DNA of 63,804 nt, filler included, from Craspedostauros australis (lineage: Eukaryota), in assembly GCA_030167865.1 (NCBI GenBank). It is 4 parts of 4 records of this genome, joined end to end, with 100 filler letters (N's around TTAATTAATTAA, not from the genome) between each part and the next. Parts side by side here need not be neighbours in the genome. Positions count along the whole stretch, not along the records: positions 23,634 to 54,986 come from JALAGF010004480.1; positions 55,087 to 62,639 come from JALAGF010004481.1; 2 more parts are not named here. One strand, written 5' to 3'. Both the position numbers and the translations under genes were made by a program. Positions 47,909 to 59,804 of the stretch are shown here, in pieces; positions within the stretch are counted from its first letter, which is position 1; every line of letters starts with the position of its first letter. The notes beneath the pieces are model-generated. The model was not told the origin of the DNA, made no database searches, and saw nothing but the letters and a program-made list of their open reading frames with translations.

Positions 47909-48863
47909 TGTGTCACACATACTAGCATGTACTCGCGCTGGTTCGTAGTTATTATATGCAGATAATATTTGTAGAGTGATAGAGCAATCGATGTAAAGAA
48001 ACGTATAGTACAATACATACGAGTTGAGCATACATGGCAGCAGAAATGAGAAAGAGAGTGGTACTATGTGTTGGCACCAACGAACGAAGGACAAACTGGG
48101 CAAACGGAGGGGCCACAAACAACCTCGACATGCCAAAACCAGGACAGCAAACACAAACCGCGCAGAGAACAGAACAACAGCATGAGCCTGGCTCGCAAAA
48201 CAAACAATAAACAAAATCCCTTTGAGAAAACTCATTACGCCGACTCATCCCTGGTACTCTGCTTCTTCATTGGTGTCTTGATTGGACCCCATGAAGCGAA
48301 CGTGCTGGGTGGAGTATCAACACTATGTCGTACGAGCTAGAGTACTCCGCTATTCCCCAAAGACGGAGATGTCTGGACCAACGAGCACCGTGGAAAATGT
48401 GAAGTGAACATCTCTGAGATCTGCACAGAGCGTTCACTTGTAGATCTGCACAGAGAGTTCACGTGGCGATCTAAACACCAAACTGTCAATTTCTGCTGAG
48501 CCAATGAGGTTCCAGCGACCTCTCCGTTGGCCGCCCAACCCCCAGCTGTTCGACGCCCGCTGGCCGCAATTGGAGGTGATGAAGTCGGTGATTTTGTCGA
48601 AGAGGCACTTTCGTCGGAACAGTTGCTTGCCATCGCTCGTTTCTCTTGTGGCGAGCAGCAAGAAACAAACAGAGAAACTTGGCGATGCCTCTGCACACCG
48701 ATACACAGGCAAACAAGGCAACAAACACACGGATAACGACAACTGGATTCATCTCTTCCTTGCACCCTGCATCCCCTGAATGCTCCTGTTCACATAATTT
48801 GGCATAACAAAGCAACACAGACACAGACACGTATTCGTGCCACATCAATTCGCACCAACCACC

Positions 48864-51527
48864 ATGCCAATCATCAAGAAAGACATCCTCGCTCTCGTCG
48901 TGGCCCAGAGCCTCATCTCCAACGGCGTCGACGCGGTGCTGAACACCAACAAGAAGGCAGCCGCAGATGGCAAAATTGACGCCAATGCCAACGCCGCCAA
49001 GGCGAAGCTCATGGAGTTGACAGCCAAACACAAGAGGAAGGATGCCAACATGCCATACTCGCAATCTCACCTGCACCCACACCTGCAATCGCATGATGGA
49101 AAGGTCGAGACCACAACAAACAAAGTCGCAGACAGCACCCACCATCCACGTCCTTCCATCTCCACCAACATCAAGGACAAGTACGCCGATCTCGGTCGCC
49201 TTCAAGCCCAAGATGCGTCCAATGACAAGGATGAGCATGCATCGCACGAGCATAGCACTCTGTCTGTTGGAATGGAGACAGACGAGGCTAGCGAAGCCAA
49301 CAGTCGTCAGCTCAAGTCCTCGAAATCGGCCAAATCGGCGAAGTCCTCCAAGTCCTCGAAATCGGCGAAAATGACCAAGCCCCCCGAGGTACTCGGGCCG
49401 TGCTTCACTGGAACAGCCGAAGCTGTCACGGCCAAGTGCGTGGCCAAGAATGCCAGCTGTTGCGAAACCTCGGTCAATGCCACATCCCTCGCATGCTCTT
49501 GGAGCAGTGGGAGCTCTGTGACCGTCTGCCCCGACTCCTGCAACGGCGAGCAAGCTTGCTTCTTCAATCCCAACATCACGACGACCATCCAGATTGCCTC
49601 ATACTCTTGCAACGGTGACAGAGCCTGCCAGTACACCGCCGTGTCCGTGCCCTCTCGTGCTTGCAACGGCACAGCTGCTTGTTACGAGAACTCTGGCACT
49701 ATCGCCGATGACGCTTGCAATGGTGATCGTGCATGCATGTCCAACAAGGGGGCCGTCGGCAAGGGTTCTTGCTCCGGAGACAACTCGTGCGCTCGCAACG
49801 AAGGAGCAGTCAAGCCCGGTTCCTGTCTCGGAATCTTCGCATGCTATGCTAACGCTGGCGACGTTGGTAGTGGCTCATGTATCATTGCGGACGCGTGTGT
49901 CTACAACTCCGGAAGTGTCAGTGACGGCTCCTGCATCGGCAGGAGGTCCTGTACGTACAATAAAGCCAATGTGGATGAAGGATCGTGCTTGGGCAAGGAC
50001 GCATGCTACGAGAACTCCGGGGATGTCGCATCGAACGCGTGCAACGGTACCCGCGCTTGTAATTCGAATGGTGGCGCCGTTGGCCAAGGCTCCTGCCAGC
50101 TGGACAAGGCATGCGAACAGAACGAAGGTAACGTTGGCAACTACTCTTGCATTGGAGAAGAAGCCTGCGACGAGAACTCCGGCAGCATCGACCACGGTTC
50201 CTGCCAGCTGTACAAGGCATGCGAACAGAACGAAGGTAACGTTGGCAACTACTCTTGCATTGGAGAAGGAGCCTGCTACAAGAACTCTGGGCATGTCGCA
50301 TCGTACGCGTGCAACGGTACCATCGCTTGCTTGGCGAATTCCGGCAGCATCGACCACGGTTCCTGCCAGCTGTACAAGGCATGCGAACAGAACGAAGGTA
50401 ACGTTGGCAACTACTCTTGCATTGGAGAAGAAGCCTGCTACAAGAACTCCGGCCGCATCGACCAAGGTTCTTGCCAGATGGACAAGGCATGCGAAAAGAA
50501 CGAAGGTAACGTTGGCAACTACTCTTGCATTGGAGAAGCAGCCTGCTACGAGAACTCTGGGCATGTCGCATCGTACGCGTGCAATGGTACCATCGCTTGT
50601 AACGAGAATTTTGGTGACATTGGCCCAGGCTCCTGTCGTGGCGAGAGCGCTTGCGAAGACAATTACGGTTTCGTCGGCGAGAGTTCCTGCGTTGGCGAGA
50701 GCGCTTGCGAAGAAAATTACGGTCCCGTCGGCGAGAGTTCCTGCGTTGGCGAGGGCGCTTGCGAAGAAAATTACGGTTTCGTCAGTGCAGGGTCATGTCA
50801 AGGACAACAAGCTTGCGGCTTCAACGAAGGCGAGATCGGGATGGATTCGTGCAAAATGTACCAAGCGTGCTACCGCAACGATGGTAACGTTGGCAACTAC
50901 TCTTGCATTGGAGAAGGAGCCTGCTACAAGAACTCCGGCAGCATCGACCACGGTTCCTGCCAGCTGGACAAGGCATGCGAACAGAACGAAGGTAACGTTG
51001 GCAACTACTCTTGCATTGGAGAAGAAGCCTGCGACGAGAACTCCGGCAGCATCGACCACGGTTCCTGCCAGCTGTACAAGGCATGCGAACAGAACGAAGG
51101 TAACGTTGGCAACTACTCTTGCATTGGAGAAGGAGCCTGCTACAAGAACTCTGGGCATGTCGCATCGTACGCGTGCAATGGTACCATCTCTTGTAACGAG
51201 AATTTTGGTGACATTGGCCAAGGCTCCTGTCATGGCGAGTACGCTTGCGAAAGCAACTACGTCGAGATCGGCGAGGATTCCTGCATTGGACTAGAAGCTT
51301 GCAAAGACAATTACGGTTTCGTCGGTGCAGGGTCATGTCAAGGGCGACGAGCTTGCGGCTCCAACGAAGGCGAGATCGGGATGGATTCGTGCAAAATGTA
51401 CCAAGCTTGCTACTCCAACACCGGCGATGTTGGCAATGGAGCTTGCCTCGGTACCATGGCATGCTACCTCAACGCTGATCCGGTGGCTGACGGAGGCTGC
51501 ATCGGCGATTCTTCCTGTTCCGCGTAA
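48864..51527 (+). CDS. Probably secreted Cys-rich repeat protein with RxL site and KxxK cluster (silaffin-like motifs)
   Basis: Hydrophobic N-terminus, H/K/D-rich pro-region, RQL (49305-49313), KSSKSAKSAKSSKSSKSAKMTK, then 37 repeats of ~18 aa with consensus (S/A)C-x-G-x2-AC-x2-N-x-G-x-(V/I). Confidence 0.88.
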   Translation: MPIIKKDILALVVAQSLISNGVDAVLNTNKKAAADGKIDANANAAKAKLMELTAKHKRKDANMPYSQSHLHPHLQSHDGKVETTTNKVADSTHHPRPSISTNIKDKYADLGRLQAQDASNDKDEHASHEHSTLSVGMETDEASEANSRQLKSSKSAKSAKSSKSSKSAKMTKPPEVLGPCFTGTAEAVTAKCVAKNASCCETSVNATSLACSWSSGSSVTVCPDSCNGEQACFFNPNITTTIQIASYSCNGDRACQYTAVSVPSRACNGTAACYENSGTIADDACNGDRACMSNKGAVGKGSCSGDNSCARNEGAVKPGSCLGIFACYANAGDVGSGSCIIADACVYNSGSVSDGSCIGRRSCTYNKANVDEGSCLGKDACYENSGDVASNACNGTRACNSNGGAVGQGSCQLDKACEQNEGNVGNYSCIGEEACDENSGSIDHGSCQLYKACEQNEGNVGNYSCIGEGACYKNSGHVASYACNGTIACLANSGSIDHGSCQLYKACEQNEGNVGNYSCIGEEACYKNSGRIDQGSCQMDKACEKNEGNVGNYSCIGEAACYENSGHVASYACNGTIACNENFGDIGPGSCRGESACEDNYGFVGESSCVGESACEENYGPVGESSCVGEGACEENYGFVSAGSCQGQQACGFNEGEIGMDSCKMYQACYRNDGNVGNYSCIGEGACYKNSGSIDHGSCQLDKACEQNEGNVGNYSCIGEEACDENSGSIDHGSCQLYKACEQNEGNVGNYSCIGEGACYKNSGHVASYACNGTISCNENFGDIGQGSCHGEYACESNYVEIGEDSCIGLEACKDNYGFVGAGSCQGRRACGSNEGEIGMDSCKMYQACYSNTGDVGNGACLGTMACYLNADPVADGGCIGDSSCSA

Positions 51528-52535
51528 ATAAGAAGTCATCACACAGAGTGGGTCGTTGGGTAATTGCTCTTTCGCCACGGGAAGTGATAACATTTGTATT
51601 CTCATCAAGTCCGATGTTCGTTTGTGGTAGAGAAAGAGAGAGAGCATGGTCTCTCTGCGCATTGCCGTACATGTGTCGAGGATGTCGTCACTCCCATGAC
51701 CATAGTCGTAGAACAGTTTTTCGTCTGAGGGGCTTTGCTCTGATCGGACGGCAGACCCCCAGTTACGGTATGCCGACTGGGTCGAGCATCCACAGTCGTA
51801 GTACGACGGTCACATCTCACAATCTGTTGTCTTCGCGTCGCGGACCCCATGAATGTGCCTGGGACGAGCCGGAATAGTATCGCCAGTGCGCACCTTCCGC
51901 AACGAACGCGCTGCGCACTTGCGACGGCATTTTCCAACATTGCGCCATCGTCTGGCACGACTAAGAATTTCTTCCGTTGAGCCAATGATCTCGTACACAA
52001 CAACAACAAGGATCCGTTAAATCACGTGTGCCAAATTCTCCGCCAAACTGACACAGGGATGTTTGGACAAGGTTGGGTGCACAAAGAGAACTGAGAGCTG
52101 TGCTCGGACATGGTTGATGTCATCACCATCTCAACACCAGCAGCACCAGCAGCAACCCAACTGCCGCCACCCACCAACTCTCATGTAATTGCAATCGCAA
52201 TCGGCATTCGCGAACTCATTCTGAGCACAAGAGGCAGTTCCATTTCTCCACTCGACTCGCACTCTACACACGAGCTACTCGGACGACCTCTGTATGCTCT
52301 CTCCTCCATCCCAAAGCAACAGCTAATCCATAGACATATAGCTTTTGTCTGCGTTGGGTGGTAGTGCTACTAGCACCTTCAAGCTTGCCTTGAATCATCC
52401 GGCTCGTTCCCTCCAGGCCAATTTCGTTTCAAGTCTCTGCCTCGGCTGTTCGCGTTGGTGTTGACTGATTCGATCTTGGTTGGAGGGAGAGCGCTGGAAT
52501 CCCCCCTGGCAGAGGGAGAGTGGAGGTGGTTGTAA

Positions 52536-53667
52536 GGGTCATAATTTCATAATCTGGGCCTCTCGACCAATCATATCGCTTCATTTAGGGCACAAGATAC
52601 CTTTCGGCTCCTCGTTGAATTGGGGGTCAACGTCCACATAACGTTAATCGAAATAATTATGAACTCATTGTCCGCGAATATGAACGCTCCTCAGAGACCG
52701 TTCATAATTTCATAATCTCTCTGATGAGTCGTGGTAGTCCAAAATTCGTTCTCAACGGCTGCATCTGAGCAAAACTTCGTGCTCACACCAGATTGATCCG
52801 ATGTGCTCTACTGCAAATTGATTATTCGTTGCCACCCATTGCATCGCAACTCTCTGTTGCAATTTAACTCCTTCTTTACATGCACCTAGTGTAACTCTGT
52901 ATTTATCATCTGATGAGCTCCGGCGGATCATATCTTCCCCCACCATCATGACTTCCACCCTCCAGTATCATCGCTGGCACCAGGCTGCCTTGATTTCTGT
53001 CATCTTTGTCATTCTCAAGCATTTTGCTGCACAGCAGCGCCTCCTCATGTGTGCTGTGGCACACTGCATCCTCGACACCATGCCAACAAGTGTGCGGAGG
53101 GGTCGGTACCTCAGCTCAAGCATCTTCCATCATCAAGCATTATCTTCCAGGTCTTTGATTTGAGAGTATGGTGACTCCATGGAGTTCTACGACTTCATTG
53201 GGCTTACCAGGCCATCGTTGGATTGATTGGCATAACTGCTATAGCCTGGCATTGAAGCATTGCCCGTCGATCCGTGAGACACGGCGCCACCATGACCATC
53301 ATATATTCTCTGTTGTAAGTTTGGCTACATCGATGTCACTGCCATTGCAATGGAGTATCTGGCTTCCAAGTCAGAATTGAAGAACCATTTCTGGTAGAAT
53401 CTGCCTTCGTTGGAAGGTCAGAAGAGATCTTGGAGGACGTAGGGAGCAATGGACATGGTGAAGGCTGAAGTTGAGGCAACGGAAGATCACTCTCACGAAA
53501 CAGGGACTATGGATGACAATTGTAACCTGACATACGAAGCGACGGCTCTTGAGAAGAAAGCAAAGGAAGATGTGGAATGCATCAACGATGCCCAGAAGCA
53601 AAGAAGGTGTGAGTGGGAAGCTACAATGGCCATTTGTATCATCAAAGCATTAACAATGAGACAATAG
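52536..53667 (+). mobile_element. Decayed PIF/Harbinger-like DNA transposon (left end, transposase N-terminus, coiled-coil remnant)
   Basis: TAA|GGGTCATAATTTCATAATCT boundary with a subterminal repeat at 52702-52718. The frame from 52948 reads ...EFYDFIGLTRPSLD*LA*LL*PGI...IDVTAIAMEYLASKSELK, resembling a Harbinger transposase N-terminus. The right end was not found. Confidence 0.55.
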
Positions 53668-54269
53668 GCAAGCAAACGATTGCGCTGAATGCTGCGATGG
53701 TTGGGATAGGTACGTGGAGCGTTCAATGAATGAAGGAGTGGACACCAGCAGCACAACCAATAGAGAAAGGAAGACGGGGGAAGCAGGAAAGCAACGACGC
53801 TTGGAGAGTAGTATGGAGATGAACTGCAGATGGCACGGAGCGACACATACGTACATACAAACACATTCATTTGGTATATGGCAGTTGAAAACTGCACTTA
53901 GGCAAGACACATGTATTTGCGAATGTGTGAAGCAGCAAGAGATGTGCGACACTGAAGCTGTGAATGTGTCAACATACGACCCCATTCAGCGAGGTCGAGC
54001 ATAATCCTGTCAATGTTGTCCAGTAGGGTTAGATATATTTAGATAGCTCTTACAACACTAATACATGGCTTGTCCTCACTGTGGACGAGAACGATGCCAT
54101 CATTGTTGGTCGATATCAGACTGCGATGGTATCCAACAGAGTGGGTAGTGATGTTGTGACAGCTTCAGTGTCGTGTTGATTACTCATGTTGTGGACGATT
54201 GGGCTCTGTTGTGCGTTTCCTCCCTTGTGTGTGTTGTGTCAAGTAGCACAGGGTTGTTTTTGGCATCCC

Positions 54270-54904
54270 TACACGTTCACGTCTACATTCATGGCAACAG
54301 CAGCAGCAGCTTCGCCAGATCGACTGGCGTGCATACAAGACGGCGCGACAATCCAAGATGAACCGTGGGTCCACGCGTTTCATCTCCAAGTGGGCCTCGG
54401 GCTTTGTGGGCGTCAACCACAAACTTCATCAGACAGGCCAGCTGCAGTCGCCGAAATGCAAGTTCTGTGTCAGCGACGAGACCACTCAACACGTTCTCCG
54501 TTGCCCGGAGCATCAGGAAGCATGGGATGGGGCCACTTCTGGCCTAATCAATTGCATGGTTCAGATCGGGACCGCCCCAAGGCTGGTCCAGCGCATGTGG
54601 GTCGGTCTTGTGAGATGGAGAAGGAATGCACGATCCAACGACGCGCAAAGCAACATTGGGTGGTACCCCCTCATAATGGGGTTTATCCACAAGAACTGGG
54701 CTCTCCATCAGGCCCACTGGATGATGACGCATGAGTGTCGTTACCCAGACGCCAATGTTTGGGCCCGAGAGATCGTACGATGGATTTGGAGAATCCCGTG
54801 GGAGGTATGGCTGGCGCGGAATGCCAAAGTGCATGACGAAGAGATGCACCCCTCGGTCCAGGACCTGCGACGCAAGGTCCGCTGAATGATCCAGGGTGCG
54901 AGTC
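54270..54904 (+). mobile_element. 5'-truncated LINE fragment, same broad group as 20545-23533
   Basis: QIDWRAY...FISKWASGFVGVN...CKFC..DETTQHVLRC...QSNIGW...W..IPWEVWLARNAKVH, stop at 54885. Confidence 0.85.
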
Positions 54905-54986
54905 TGTCGAGATGTACATGTGAGTATATGTCGAGATGTACGAGTATATGTGCATCGTTCACCCGCTATTCTCTCATACACACTTG
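54905..54986. mobile_element. End of an LTR-like repeat, cut by contig end
   Basis: Starts TGTCGA. Reverse complement of 29136-29217 with one mismatch. Confidence 0.75.
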
Positions 54987-55086
54987 NNNNNNNNNNNNNN
55001 NNNNNNNNNNNNNNNNNNNNNNNNNNNNNNTTAATTAATTAANNNNNNNNNNNNNNNNNNNNNNNNNNNNNNNNNNNNNNNNNNNN
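54987..55086. other. Artificial contig spacer
   Basis: N-TTAATTAATTAA-N, 100 nt. Confidence 0.97.
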
Positions 55087-57345
55087 GTATCCTGTGACAT
55101 GTGGATACGATTGGGAGCTCCGGAGCTTTCGACTCGAGCGGCCGTGTTGACGGTGTCGCCGAAGAGCTGGAATCGTGACTTCTGTCCTCTCAGCACCCCG
55201 GCTGTGACAGAACCTGAGTGCATGCCGAATCGCATGGACAGCTCCGCCGTGTCGGGACCGAGTGAGCCGGCGAGATGATGCACGATGTCGTTCATCTTGG
55301 CGAGGCAGTGACGGCAGAAGCGGAACATGACGATGGCATGGTCATTCCTGGGCTCCGGTAGGCCGCACGCGGCGACGTAGCAGTCGCCGATGGTCTCAAC
55401 CTTGAAGACCCCCATGCGGACCGCAATCTTGTCGAATGCGTTGTAGATAGACTCGAGGAGGGTGAAGACTTCGACTGGTTCCCGTGTGCTGGACCATGCC
55501 GTGAAACCGACGATGTCGGCGAACAGCACGGTGGCGCTCTCGAAGAAGTCCGCAATTGGGCTTGAGTGAGAGTTGCCTCCATTTGCAAGTTGCGCCTCGT
55601 GGTCGTCGGGATGGCGATGGCCGTTGCCGATGCGGAATGCATCCAGCCGCTTGCCTTGATTGGGCTTGGTGGTGTCCGGCCCTTCGTTGTCGAGCAGACG
55701 GTCGCGGACATTCTCAGGGAAGAGGCTGCTGACGATGGCGTGGGACTTGGTGGCCGTGGTCAGCACCTTGTTTTGACGCTTCTCCACCACCTGATCGTAC
55801 AAGATGAAGAACATTGCTGTCATGAAGAAGATGAGCACCACGACGACCGTGTTGATGATGGCTTCGCTGTCCCTGTAGGTGTCGCGGAATTCCGTGGATG
55901 GGTAAAGATGGAAGGAGTACGTGCACTCCTCTGTGCTTCGGAAAGCAGTGAACTTGGTGGAGACCTCCAAGTAGTTGTAGGTCGTCTCATGAAGGTCGCC
56001 TGTTCCCAGGTATTCAACCCTGGGTCCATCGATGAGGTAGGTGAGGGATTGATCGCAGGTATTGCGGACGACCATGTAGATGCCGTCGATGTCTTCAGGG
56101 ACGAGGTTGAGGAAGTAGTTGTGCCAAGGCATTTGGGCTGTCAGCTGGCCCACCAATTTCCTCTTGTTCTTTCGGGTCGAGTTGAAGATCGGAGAGGACA
56201 TGAAGCTGCGAGGCCAGTCAAGCTCTGACTTGATCTCAAAGCCGTAGTTGCGCACCTCTGAAAGGGCTGGCTTGTGTGTCCTGTTGACTTCGTTGAACAC
56301 ACCGTTGAAATGAGGGAGTTTGAAAGCATCATAATTTATATAACGACTGTAGAGATCCACCGGAGACATGTAGATTGCTGGGATGTACGTGCCTTGGTTT
56401 TCGGGGTACGTGTTGTTGATCCCGGGCGCTGGTTGCCAGATCTTGGGGACGACTTCGAATTCCGTTGTCGAGTTCACGAAGTCGAGCTCTCCCTGGATCC
56501 ATCCTTGGTTCTCGACTTGGAAGGCTTCGAAGTCCTCTTTCTCTTCATCTGTCACGGTGGCAAGAACTCCCAGCAAGATGGCGCCGGTGGCTGTGAGGGC
56601 CTGCTCACACTGGGCCTCTAATCCTGGCATCACGACGAACGGCCATTTTTGCCCACTTGCCTCGGTATGGATGGTCATGTGCAGGCTCAGTCTTTCGAAA
56701 ATACCGAAGATGTCTCTCGCATTGATCTGGGACACCTCGACGATTTGATTGGCAAAGTCTTTGAACTGATCAGTCGTTGGTGGCGATCGTGATCGCGATG
56801 AGGGGAATGGACATTGAAATGGAATGGGATGGCAGATGCGAACAGTGGGTGACACAACAGATAGAATGGCGAAGTGTGAGGGTATCAAGTATCGAGGGCA
56901 TTGGACGACGCAGTAAGCATGATGGCTGTGCGACGTCCTGGATGTGGCCATCTCTCTATGGTCCACCAAAAGCAACGACAACAACCGCTGCTGCTTGCGT
57001 CTTCATTTACTCTGCGTAACTCACCCGAACCTCGAAGCTGTTGCGGTCGTCGTTGCTGGAGATGATGTATACTCCCACCGCACTACCCGCGGCCGCAAAG
57101 AGGAGGACTATGAGAAAGATCAGGCGAGATCTGCCAACTTGGCGATTCTCGCTGCCAGCCAACCGCGACGCAAGGTCCTCCTCCGTGCGGTTCTCGACCT
57201 GCTTGGAACTCTGTCCGCTGTTCATCGATGAAGATCCTCCAGTTCCGGTCCCATGCGATGATTGAACTTCCCCAAATGAAGCTGCGCCTGACGACGCCCC
57301 GCTGAGCGCATCGCTCTCGTCGTATGTCTCTGCTGATGCCAACAT
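55087..57345 (-). CDS. Receptor-type class III adenylate/guanylate cyclase; exons 57345-57025 and 56765 to gap (3'-truncated)
   Basis: TM-sensor-TM, then TVLFADIVGFTAWSS, FKVETIGDCYVA, RFGMHSG.VTAGVLRG..SRFQLFGDTVNTAAR. GTGAGT...CAG intron. Confidence 0.94.
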
Positions 57346-59238
57346 GGTTGCGGCTGGATTCCAGACCAAACGATGGTACTCAAAGAGGTGATGGTTCTTT
57401 GCGAATGTTTGTGGATCAGTTTGCTTTTGCGTTTGGGTCGGTTTATGGTCACGAGGTGTGTCGAGAGCAACTCGTCTCGACTTGCTGTCGCCAAGGCACA
57501 GGCAAGAGCGCCAGCTTCATCGATGTTGTCGTGGTTGTTGTCGTTGCGGCGGTGCGAGCGATGACACGCGAGTGCCTCCAGTGTGCGTACGCGTATGTAC
57601 GCGTATGTACGCGTGTGTTGCGTGGACTTATCAGTTGTGAACCTTGGGCCTTTGTGATTTTGGTTGTTTGGCGATGTGGGATGAAATGACCAATGGGCAC
57701 GGTCACGATGACCAAGTTTCTGGCCTGTGGGGTTGTCAAGTGACGTTCTAAACGAAATACTTAAGCACTGCTCCTGAATTGTGAGCAAGCTGAATATCAC
57801 TTGAATGCTCACTTCAATGACGAATTTCTGCGCACGGAAGGCTAATCCACACGCCCATAAAGAACCCAACGTGAAGCCAAGATCACAACAAATCACGCCT
57901 TCTTTGTCCTTTTCCTGAGAGTACTATCATGATGAAAGGATGTCGGAAGAACATCCGTTTCTTGCAGTATGGTACGTCTATCCTTCTCGTGTGATACGGG
58001 GCAAGTCTCTGTCGTGTTGCTGCTGGTGCCTGGTGCGGCGTAGGCTGGAGATGAGCACTTGCCGCTCGCCACAAGACTTTCCATGGTGTGGCAAGGCATG
58101 ACATGACATGAGCGGGTGAAACGATTTCGAAACGGAAGATGCGCTTTGGAGGATGAAGGGGCTAATCGTGATCTGCTACGGGTGCGTTACCTCGCAGCGG
58201 GAGGAGCACAGGTTGCACCAATGTTTTGCTCCAAGACCATTTCTGTTTTCCGCTGTCTCTTTGGCACCATGGAATGTTCGGGTCTCGTGGCCCCCGGCAT
58301 CCTTCGTGGCAGGTCAAGAAAGTTGCGTACTTGCACAAGAAAAAGGAAGACTTTTTGTTCTCCTCCTGTTCTGCAGGTCCAAGTAGGAGCGTCATACTCG
58401 CACTTGCCTCTTGCGTTGTTGGGCCGCACTTTCCTGCTCATGGTATGGCATGCAGACAGATCGGTTGGTTTGCCTGTCAGCATTGTCGTGCCAGAGGGTA
58501 CTGTTGGACACTCAGAGGAGGTTGTTCTGCCGAAGAATCGTGGCCACAGAGTGGCCGTTTCTGGGGGAGAAGCAAAGGAAGAGGGGCTGCGGGAAGGGCA
58601 CTACACTGCCGATCATGTGTGAAGGGAATTTCTTGCATCAGGTGGTACGTGTTTTGTTGTCTCATGATGGCATCAGCGCATAGTGGTATCCGGATCCCTT
58701 GGCTCGAGGCCATTCTTTCAAGACCTTGGGTGGGATGCAGGGATCTACTGGTGTGAGCAACGTACAATATGCTATTACGCCTACCATCCCATAGGTCGTA
58801 CTCAAGTATACATCCGTGTACCTACGAGTATCCACAGCTCCATCGAGAAACCCAGCCAGGAGCCTCGCTCTTCGGTGATCCGTGCAACCGCGAGATGAAT
58901 AAGTCTCCGGCACGAGCGGCAAACCACAAGCACGAGTATCGGCATTCTGCCGACATCCATTTGGTAGTGAAAACCTACGTACACATACATTTGTACGTAG
59001 GGTACGAGTACCAAACTCTACCACGAACGGAGCCATTCCCGTAGTCGTAGATAGCAGCACGTCTCGCTTCATTCTATTGGGACATCCACGAACTTGATTG
59101 TTGCACGAGGGCTCCTCTCCTTCGTAAGAGGCGTTTCGTGATCTACCGGACCCAAGTTAGCCGCAACGTCATTTTGTCTGTCTCTTCGCTGTCTGTCAAT
59201 ATCCCTAATGATTTTGGCCTGGTACTGGCCTACGTACC

Positions 59239-59311
59239 TTGCGTCCGGACGCAAATTGGACGCTCAGTTTGCGTCCCCACGCAAATTGGGCCAATTTGCG
59301 TCCGGACGCAA
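59239..59311. repeat. Three tandem palindromic boxes TTGCGTCCGGACGCAA
   Basis: Perfect at 59239-59254 and 59296-59311. Variant TTTGCGTCCCCACGCAAA at 59268-59285. Confidence 0.9.
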
Positions 59312-59804
59312 GCGGCGACTCAACGGACTCGCCCAAATACGCTTTATGAGAAGCCGTTTTTTTTTTCAAATCCTCTTGCACTGGCCAGCTCGACTCACGA
59401 CATGCCTCATGTCTTAAATTTATAATAATCGTTGCAGTTGTGGGAATTGAACAAACAATGATCATGCGTCGTGCGTCACCCCCCCCCTGGCCGTGTCACA
59501 CCGTTGCCGTGCTTTTGCATTTGCTGTCATCGTGGGTTGATGTTTTCCATGCACTCGCACACACCTGTTCCGCAATTTCGGTTGCGTTCACCGTTGCCCG
59601 TTGCCACTCGCCAACGAAATCCACAACCTCGTCGTTTCTCCATCGCACACATCACTGATCTTCCCATCGCACACATCACTTCCCCATCTTCCTCCACATC
59701 AACACATGTTCAACATGCAGTTGCAATCTGTCCATCCCACACTTCGACATGCCAACATTGCAATGACACCTACTACTTCTGCTCTGGCAAAACACAATTG
59801 AAGC

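Noticed and set aside
49594..51294. 566-aa T/A/R-rich overlapping ORF and antisense repeat ORFs
   Set aside because: Shadow frames of the Cys-repeat gene. The Cys frame has the N-terminal targeting-like region and invariant C/N spacing.
40286..57345. One giant cyclase-PDE gene with nested genes
   Set aside because: It would span an artificial spacer and four genes, most PDE exons are missing, and predicted introns here are 194-290 nt.
1842..57345. Mating-type or sex locus (HSF, cyclase/PDE, gametolysin)
   Set aside because: All are large multigene families in diatoms and lie on different contigs. Nothing in the sequence specifically supports it.
57400..59200. ORFs upstream of the second cyclase
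   Set aside because: No recognisable protein motifs; treated as intergenic.
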